From sequence record PP968062.1: a stretch of DNA of 64,000 nt; one strand, given 5' to 3'. Positions within the stretch are counted from its first letter, which is position 1, and the number at the start of each line of letters is the position of its first letter. A program made the translations under genes and the position numbers. This document shows, piece by piece, positions 57,670-64,000 of the stretch. The notes beneath the pieces were generated by a model. That model saw only the letters and a program-made list of their open reading frames with translations. It searched no databases and was not told the origin of the DNA.

Positions 57670-59736
57670 TTACTTCAGACGTTTCAGCAGAACAGCTTTC
57701 TCAGTCAGACGACCACGGATCACTTCCAGATAAACACCATCCAGAGTAATCAGACGCATGCGGACGTTTGCCAGACCATTTGCAGTTGCACGAGTGATCA
57801 TGCCTTTCAGTACTTCACGAACAGTCGGGTGGGTACCTTCAGATACCAGAACTGCTTTCTCGTTCAGGATGTTCAGAGTAGCCAGTTGTTCCAGAGTCCA
57901 ACCTACCTGGAAGTTGGTGAACTGGTCGGCTACGCCACGGGTGTTGTCTACTTCGGCCATAGTTACGGCACGGGAGATGATCTGCGCAGCACAAGCCTTC
58001 ACGATTTGCAGAATGTTGGAACCTTTCTTGGTGTTGATGTAATCCAGCAGCTCACCGATGTCATGAGCGAAGTCGTCGATGGTGATGTTCATCGACAGGC
58101 TATCGGCCAGGAAGTCATTGATGGACTTGGTCAGACGATCATTCAAGAAGCGGAAGTAACGAATACTCAGATGACCATTGGTTACCAGTTCTTTCAGTTC
58201 AGTTGCTACGCCGATCAGATCGGTATAGTTAACTAGCTGGCTCAGCTGGTCGAAGGTCTCATCGCTAACGTCCATGTGGTGAACGTTCATCGATTTGTAT
58301 TCATGAGCAGGAATCTCCACGCTCATGGATTCTTCGTCATCTTCGATACCCAGTAGTTCACGCATTGCTGCGCGTACTTCGGATTCGACTTCCAGATCAG
58401 TTGCACCCATGAACACTTGGTTGTCCAGAACTACCGGACGACTTGCTACGGCAGCAAGGCCACCATCTTGCACCAGGCTGGCCACTTCCTCACTAGCCAG
58501 TGCATTGCCACCAATAGTGGAGACGGGAGTTTGTGCAGCGTATACAACGCCGTTAGGACGATATTCACGACGACGCAGGTCATCGTTCAGTTCATGCTTC
58601 AGGTATTCCATTTGCGGGTTCCATTCAACGAATTTCTCTTTTACCACGCCATCCGGGAAACGGACGTAGAAGCGGCAGTAGTGTTCCGGATCAACCAGAG
58701 CACTGTACGGATCTTCGTCACCGACGGTACGTTCCCAATCAACCTGATGTGCCGGTTTGATCAGAACGCCACCGGGATTATGGATCTCATCATACGGACG
58801 GGCGATGTCTACACGGAAACCGGTGGGTTGGTAATACATCGGATCGATCATTACCTGACTGACATCGATCGGTGCCGGCAAATCGGTATCTTCAATTACA
58901 GCAGGTTGCCGCGCTTGAGTCTGGGGTTGTTGAGTGTACATCGGTTGTTGCTCCTGGTTATTGGAGTAGCCACCGTAGATATCAGTACTGACCTCTTCTT
59001 TCGGCATCAAAGGAGCCTGAGAAGGAGTATCATCGTAATACGAACTGGTGGTGCTCGACGTGGTGTTGTTTGTAGTGGTCTGATAGGTGCCAGCCGGCTG
59101 TGCGAACTGTGCCTGAGACGTGGTAGCGAACTGACCCATGTTACCCGGATTGATCGGAGGCAGGTTGCCTGCCATCTGGATACCATTGCCCTGTTGGTAC
59201 ATACCCATCTGCTGTTGTTGCTGCGGACGGTAGTTACCAGACTTGTACGCTTGGATGTCTTGCAGGATCTGCTGGTACATGCCTTGGGCAGTTTGCAGAC
59301 CTTGGAACATGTGCTGAGGAACAGCACCCATTTGTACTAGAGCCGGATAAGATGCTACGCACTGACCCAGGAAGGCTTCGTACATACGCTGAGCGCCCCT
59401 AGGCACTGCATCAGTTTGACTATAGTTCTTGCAGACGCACAGGAACTCGACGAAGTCAACGAGATGTTGACACCACTGCTGGAAGATCTGGTTTTGGAAC
59501 CAGTTCGAGGACAGCAGGTTGTAGGCAAAGATGTGGAGGTTACCTTTGCCAACCGACGATTGTGCAAGCCCACGGAACAGACCAACTGCCTGGAGTACCA
59601 GCTGTTGGTTATTCATCAGGTTCTGGCTAAGTTGGAGTTGAGGTACCCGATCATTACCAGCCGGCAGATTACCATTGAAGGTGCTCTGATCGACTTGTTG
59701 GCAGGAGACCGGGAGTTGAGCTTGTTGGTTGTACAT
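57670..59736 (-). CDS. Conserved hypothetical protein with Q/T-rich disordered linker (688 aa)
   Basis: Long ORF behind the nvRNAP subunit; SD agga; strong codon bias. Confidence 0.8.
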   Translation of the reverse strand: MYNQQAQLPVSCQQVDQSTFNGNLPAGNDRVPQLQLSQNLMNNQQLVLQAVGLFRGLAQSSVGKGNLHIFAYNLLSSNWFQNQIFQQWCQHLVDFVEFLCVCKNYSQTDAVPRGAQRMYEAFLGQCVASYPALVQMGAVPQHMFQGLQTAQGMYQQILQDIQAYKSGNYRPQQQQQMGMYQQGNGIQMAGNLPPINPGNMGQFATTSQAQFAQPAGTYQTTTNNTTSSTTSSYYDDTPSQAPLMPKEEVSTDIYGGYSNNQEQQPMYTQQPQTQARQPAVIEDTDLPAPIDVSQVMIDPMYYQPTGFRVDIARPYDEIHNPGGVLIKPAHQVDWERTVGDEDPYSALVDPEHYCRFYVRFPDGVVKEKFVEWNPQMEYLKHELNDDLRRREYRPNGVVYAAQTPVSTIGGNALASEEVASLVQDGGLAAVASRPVVLDNQVFMGATDLEVESEVRAAMRELLGIEDDEESMSVEIPAHEYKSMNVHHMDVSDETFDQLSQLVNYTDLIGVATELKELVTNGHLSIRYFRFLNDRLTKSINDFLADSLSMNITIDDFAHDIGELLDYINTKKGSNILQIVKACAAQIISRAVTMAEVDNTRGVADQFTNFQVGWTLEQLATLNILNEKAVLVSEGTHPTVREVLKGMITRATANGLANVRMRLITLDGVYLEVIRGRLTEKAVLLKRLK

Positions 59737-59759
59737 CTGACTTTTCCTATTTAAGAAGT

Positions 59760-61388
59760 TTAAGAGACGAAGCGTTGTTGCGCTTTGTCAATAAGTTCAC
59801 GATCTTCTTCACGTCGTTCAACCAATCCGTCGTATCTCACGTTGACGAAGAGGTTGAGTCGGCCACGACCATCCGGGTTGTTCTTCGGTTGGTTTTTATA
59901 CTGACCCACTTCCGCAATCGAAGCGTGGATGAGACGAGAGCTATCGCCGATAAGCGACTTGTTGTGCGCCTTGGATGTCTTAGCGCGATCCTGCGGTACA
60001 AGAATTGAAGTTACCTTAATAACCTTGCTATCACCAGGAGACGACAGCGTATCGAGCTCGCCGTGTTCACTGGTGAGTTTCTTGATGCAGGTGTTGAGCT
60101 TAAACGAACGTTTCAGGGCATCGTTGATTTCCTGTCCAGTCCATTCTTTATCTTTACGGCCTTGGAAGGTATACGCAAACATAGAGACAGCATAGTTAAA
60201 CTCTGCCATCACATACCGGAGAATACTCAGGCGTTTGTCGTACATGCTGGTTTCATCGATGTCGGTGGCGTAAAGGTGGTGCGCCATGTCCGTCATGATT
60301 GCATACAGCAGTTCCCAGATAGTGTTAACCTTCACTCCAACAGAACGAAGTTCTTCGATGGTCATCTCATCGAGCGAGTTGTTGAAACTATCCAGGTGGG
60401 ATTCGATGTTCTCTGCAATCTTACCCTGGTGCTCGAAGTCACCAAAGATCATCAGACCCAGGATGATCCGCCACAGCTGTTTGTTATCCATGTAGCTCGG
60501 CTCATAGAACCGGCTTGGGAAAGCATCCACAACGTACCAGAAACCTGCGACCAATCGACGAATGAAATCCGTCTCTTTCTCTTTAGGTAGAACCAGTACC
60601 ATGTCCCCAGTTGGATGGCGACGTTTCAGAACAGCGGATTCGTAAACGTTCCACTGATCACGAGGATACTCAGACTCAGGGAAGTCTTTCAGATAACCAA
60701 TTTGTACATCTACTCCACCCCAGCGCTTGAACGTTTCAACAACGCCAAACTCACAGAAGAAGTAATGAGCCAGACACGACTCAATGTGCTGTCGGTTATC
60801 AAGATCACGTTTGGTACGCTTGGACATCTCGTTGTGAATCTGAGACCAGATCACGTACATCACTTCACGCTGACCATTGCACATGTAGTGGTGGTCAACT
60901 TGTTTGAACGTGAGTTTAGCTCGACGGAACGGAATGAAGATACTACCATTCAGAACCGAGAAGCCTACGTCAGTCAATACCGGGGAGATCGAATAGGTAG
61001 CACCGTTCAGAGTGCAGATACCGCCATCACGAACATAAGGTAGAAGTACCCGACGTGGGAACATCATTTCGCCTTTATAGCTCGTGATCAATTCGATCAT
61101 GTACGTGTTGCTCTCTGCGATATTGGCTACTCGCTTCGAACCGTACTCACGGGTGATCTCTTCGAAATGTACCTCAGGTTTACACAGACGGTTTCCATGA
61201 TACTTGAAGTCAGCAGGGAACAGCGCCGAGTTGATCTCGAACAACTTATCTACATAGGCACGAGTTGCGTTCATGCCTGTATCAGGGTTGATCTCCATCA
61301 TGTGCTTTACTGCAAGACCGTTGGCTAGGTCTTTGTTGAGCTTAGGTGTGACACCATCAATCCTGCCGATTACATACGGGTCCATCAC
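59760..61388 (-). CDS. Non-virion RNA polymerase beta N-terminal subunit (phiKZ gp123-like, 542 aa)
   Basis: LPYVRDGGICTLNG..Y.I, EVGQY..PK..PDGRG resemble RpoB N-terminal motifs; size and position next to the MCP. Confidence 0.85.
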   Translation of the reverse strand: MMDPYVIGRIDGVTPKLNKDLANGLAVKHMMEINPDTGMNATRAYVDKLFEINSALFPADFKYHGNRLCKPEVHFEEITREYGSKRVANIAESNTYMIELITSYKGEMMFPRRVLLPYVRDGGICTLNGATYSISPVLTDVGFSVLNGSIFIPFRRAKLTFKQVDHHYMCNGQREVMYVIWSQIHNEMSKRTKRDLDNRQHIESCLAHYFFCEFGVVETFKRWGGVDVQIGYLKDFPESEYPRDQWNVYESAVLKRRHPTGDMVLVLPKEKETDFIRRLVAGFWYVVDAFPSRFYEPSYMDNKQLWRIILGLMIFGDFEHQGKIAENIESHLDSFNNSLDEMTIEELRSVGVKVNTIWELLYAIMTDMAHHLYATDIDETSMYDKRLSILRYVMAEFNYAVSMFAYTFQGRKDKEWTGQEINDALKRSFKLNTCIKKLTSEHGELDTLSSPGDSKVIKVTSILVPQDRAKTSKAHNKSLIGDSSRLIHASIAEVGQYKNQPKNNPDGRGRLNLFVNVRYDGLVERREEDRELIDKAQQRFVS

Positions 61389-61393
61389 CCCTC

Positions 61394-62431
61394 CTATCGC
61401 TTTCGGAAAATCTTTTCGAGCAATGCATCTGCCTTGGCTACTTCTGCAATGAAGTCCACGACAGTTCCGACAGAGATATCTCTAAACAGAATGATATCTC
61501 TGATTGCCAAAGGTTCTGGCTCTTCGTCATACAGATGTCGATGGAACATATCGAAACAATCCATTCTACGCTGAGCGTCCTCTTTGGACATTCCTTTCGT
61601 TCCCTCCTTTACAGCTTCTCTCCATTCACGTAGACTGGAATAGATGCCATACTTTTTAAAGTCTCCAGGCTTGATAACAATTGCTTTCGCATTATCTCGC
61701 CTTGCCGCAAACGTCACATTACCCCTTAGGTTAATATGAATACCAACTGGCATATCTGGCATGAAGACAGGCTTCACTTCTAGCAAGTCGCTGCCGAAAG
61801 GCATAAACACGCTTTCAGTTATTCGCTCATCGTCTACAAAGTAGGCGACCGTAGTTGTGGTTGTCCAGATGATATCCTCTTGTCGATAGAGATCATCATT
61901 CTTAGAGAAGAAACAATCACGAGGGAAGAACGTTGTCTTCTTAACTCGATCAGTGGACACCACTTGTACGTTTAGCGCTTCGATCCAAAGCCCATACGGA
62001 TCAGTATCAATGTGATCTAGATCAACGATGAAATAGAAGTCCAGTTCACATGGAGTATTGGTTCCTTTGTTCTTGACAGAGTTAACCAGTTTCTCCAGAT
62101 ACTCTTGGGATAGGTTAGGCCAATGCTTGAGCATAGCACCTACGTTCAACTTAACGTCACCACCCCAAGTGAAGTTGATGCAGACTACAAGTCTGTTCTC
62201 AATTCGGTTTGTTCCAGGTAGATCTAATACCACACCACTACCATCGATGATGCTGATCTCGTGGGTCGACTGATTCAGGTATCGAACTCGTTTGTCAACA
62301 AGCCCTTGTCCGAAGAAGATGTTTTGGAAGACAGATGTTTGCCACCTGTCCATGTAAGACGTGTCCAGAGGACAGTCCAATACAGGATCGTCCTCAATGT
62401 GTCCCGCTCGGGAACGGTTGATCTGTACCAT
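61394..62431 (-). CDS. Conserved hypothetical protein (345 aa)
   Basis: Long ORF directly upstream of the nvRNAP subunit. Confidence 0.75.
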   Translation of the reverse strand: MVQINRSRAGHIEDDPVLDCPLDTSYMDRWQTSVFQNIFFGQGLVDKRVRYLNQSTHEISIIDGSGVVLDLPGTNRIENRLVVCINFTWGGDVKLNVGAMLKHWPNLSQEYLEKLVNSVKNKGTNTPCELDFYFIVDLDHIDTDPYGLWIEALNVQVVSTDRVKKTTFFPRDCFFSKNDDLYRQEDIIWTTTTTVAYFVDDERITESVFMPFGSDLLEVKPVFMPDMPVGIHINLRGNVTFAARRDNAKAIVIKPGDFKKYGIYSSLREWREAVKEGTKGMSKEDAQRRMDCFDMFHRHLYDEEPEPLAIRDIILFRDISVGTVVDFIAEVAKADALLEKIFRKR

Positions 62432-62873
62432 TTAAAACTATCCTATCCAATCTCATCTCTACTGGACGCCCTTGACGCCTACTCCGTTCTTGACGAGGCT
62501 TATATCGATCCGTCGTTGATACTTCCGGATTTCTATAATCTCTTCCTCCACGTTTCCCGTGCGCAACACGCGTTTTACCTTTACCCTTCCGCGTGCTGCG
62601 CGTACGCTGTTTTTCTTCAGGGTTACCTCCTGATTCTTTACAGCGTCCATTGGCAATATTAACCTGACGCATTTGCTTCTCGAATCGATTAGCAAAACGG
62701 GTCATATTCTCATCCTGACTAGGATGAAGTTTTTTGGTCGGTTGAGAGTTGGATTGGTAAGACGTATCATTACCAACAGTAGTATCTTTTTCCTGGACGA
62801 CAATGTCGCCGGGATTCATTTGGGTTTCACTGAGCTCTCGCTCAACATGACTCCCGTGTGCACTCCAGAACAT
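62394..62873 (-). CDS. Basic, low-complexity hypothetical early protein (159 aa)
   Basis: SD gagg; first ORF after the promoter at 62912; R/K-rich. Confidence 0.5.
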   Translation of the reverse strand: MFWSAHGSHVERELSETQMNPGDIVVQEKDTTVGNDTSYQSNSQPTKKLHPSQDENMTRFANRFEKQMRQVNIANGRCKESGGNPEEKQRTRSTRKGKGKTRVAHGKRGGRDYRNPEVSTTDRYKPRQERSRRQGRPVEMRLDRIVLNGTDQPFPSGTH

Positions 62874-62911
62874 TGTCTGATCCTCTAATTGGGGAATATT
62901 TCATCATCACT

Positions 62912-62919
62912 GTAATATA
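62912..62919 (-). promoter_or_regulatory. Early promoter TATATTAC driving the nvRNAP operon
   Basis: Exact motif with AT-rich upstream, right after the MCP terminator. Confidence 0.75.
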
Positions 62920-62941
62920 GATTTGAAATATTTTTTAATGA

Positions 62942-62980
62942 CGACATAAAGCCTCTACCCGAAGGTAGAGGCTTTATGCC
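62942..62980 (-). terminator. MCP terminator hairpin, conserved-flank family
   Basis: cgacataaagcctctacc-cgaa-ggtagaggctttatgcc. Confidence 0.85.
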
Positions 62981-63004
62981 AGCAGTCAGCTTTACACTTC
63001 CGCT

Positions 63005-63088
63005 TTACCGCTCCAGGCGGCGGGCCACTCCGTCTTCAAGATAACGGGTAGTTCCATTCTCAAGCTTACGGAAGGTTCCCTTTCCAGT
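63005..63088 (-). other. Putative in-frame readthrough extension of the major capsid protein (27 aa + TAA)
   Basis: After ...AVKG-TGA the same frame reads TGKGTFRKLENGTTRYLEDGVARRLER-TAA. Confidence 0.6.
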
Positions 63089-64000
63089 TCAACCCTTAAC
63101 GGCGTCGACCAGGGGCTTGTTCCACTGAGACTCACCCATCACTTCTTCGAAGCCAGTAACGTCGAATTCGAGAGCGAACGGGATGTTGTTTACGTGCAGG
63201 TTGAACGGAATCGCAGCGATTTCGCGAGTAACTTGCTGGCCACCACGGGTGATCGGCAGGTCGGCGATTACGGTCGATACGTAGTAGAATTGACCGAAGC
63301 TGAGGATGTCGTTCTCTTGCGGGTTCTTACGAGTCGGAACCACTACCAGTTTACCGTCGAACAGTTCGTTGTTGGTCGATACCAGGTCGTATTCCAGGTA
63401 AGCGCCCAGGGTACGATCGTCGCCCTTGGTCATCAGGTAGTTAGCGATCTCTTTGTCCGAGCAGAACAGGAACATCGGACGCTCGTCTTGGTTGCCGGAG
63501 ATCACACGGAAGGCTGCTTCGATGTTGGATTCACGGTAGGCCGGGAACAGTACACCTTTAACAGCGTTCAGGATTGCCGAGCAGACATCTTCCCAACGGT
63601 CTTGCGACTTCAGGGTGTCGATCATGTCAGGCAGGTGCAGCTTCTTGTAGCGGTAGGTCGGACGCATTACTGCGGACAGAGCACCTTCAACAGCACCGAA
63701 CTGCGGACGGTCGAAACCGTTAGCGGTTACTTCTTTCAGCTGAGCCAGGTAGTTCAGCAGGCGCTTAACAGCGTTGTTGCTGTTACGGATGTTGGTGTTG
63801 ACAGTCAGAGCCTTAACAACTTCGCCCGGACCTTCTTCGTCCATGGTGCTCAGCGGCAGGGTTACCGGAGCGTGCATCGGAATCGGGTGACGGAATTGCA
63901 GGGCACGAGTTTGCAGCAGGTGACCACGCTGACGACGGTTGGTGTTGGTGAAGCGGGTATCGAGGTCGAAACCAACGATTTCCATTTCGCCAATGCTGTC
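63089..64000 (-). CDS. Major capsid protein, C-terminal part (phiKZ gp120-like); continues beyond the window
   Basis: Frame open to the window edge; extreme codon bias; RFTNTNRRQRG, AIPFNLHVNNIP; position next to gp123-like gene. Confidence 0.88.
   Translation of the reverse strand, partial: DSIGEMEIVGFDLDTRFTNTNRRQRGHLLQTRALQFRHPIPMHAPVTLPLSTMDEEGPGEVVKALTVNTNIRNSNNAVKRLLNYLAQLKEVTANGFDRPQFGAVEGALSAVMRPTYRYKKLHLPDMIDTLKSQDRWEDVCSAILNAVKGVLFPAYRESNIEAAFRVISGNQDERPMFLFCSDKEIANYLMTKGDDRTLGAYLEYDLVSTNNELFDGKLVVVPTRKNPQENDILSFGQFYYVSTVIADLPITRGGQQVTREIAAIPFNLHVNNIPFALEFDVTGFEEVMGESQWNKPLVDAVKG

Noticed and set aside
8880-61388. Introns or inteins in SbcC, RNase H, UvsX and the RNAP subunits
   Set aside because: Frames are continuous, sizes fit phiKZ-like homologs as I recall them, and no intein or homing endonuclease motifs were seen.
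697-62980. Recurrent hairpins as a CRISPR array or mobile-element ends
   Set aside because: They are dispersed singly at gene ends with variable stems; no regular spacing, cas gene, transposase or target duplication.
63089-63091. Genome-wide reassignment of TGA as the explanation for the MCP extension
   Set aside because: Other genes end cleanly at TGA next to terminators or ATGA overlaps (4739, 6000, 12516, 26588), and core genes are not broken by TGA.
1-64000. tRNA, rRNA or tmRNA genes
   Set aside because: No T-loop, cloverleaf or rRNA signatures noticed in the short intergenic gaps; tRNAscan-SE or Infernal would be needed to exclude them formally.

Overview
64 kb of a phiKZ-like (Chimalliviridae-type) jumbo myophage genome, standard genetic code. 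The gene order matches the phiKZ block from about gp175 to gp120, read in reverse: prohead protease, an early accessory island, SbcC, central spike plus PAAR, two PF12699-type head proteins, a LamG fibre module, RNase H, UvsX, virion RNAP beta C-terminal subunit, a collagen-like fibre operon, gp144-like endolysin with spanins and a possible holin, RuvC, two 2OG-Fe(II) oxygenase-like genes, the gp131-like tail paralog cluster, portal, baseplate genes, non-virion RNAP beta N-terminal subunit and the 3' part of the major capsid protein (MCP). No tRNA, rRNA, CRISPR array, intron, intein or IS element was recognised. Top observation: the MCP TGA stop is followed in frame by 27 codons ending in RKLENGTTRYLEDGVARRLER. 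This closely copies the C-terminal motif RLLEDGGYRLMEDGVIRELEH of a 177-aa protein at the head of the fibre operon, suggesting programmed stop-codon readthrough that displays a fibre-docking peptide on some capsid subunits. Second: two tandem prohead-protease paralogs keep His and Asp but have Gly in place of the catalytic Ser. Also notable are about 20 intergenic hairpins with conserved CATA...TATG flanks, an early ribosomal L7/L12-like protein and a second spanin-like pair. All family assignments come from motif recognition by eye; no database search was run.
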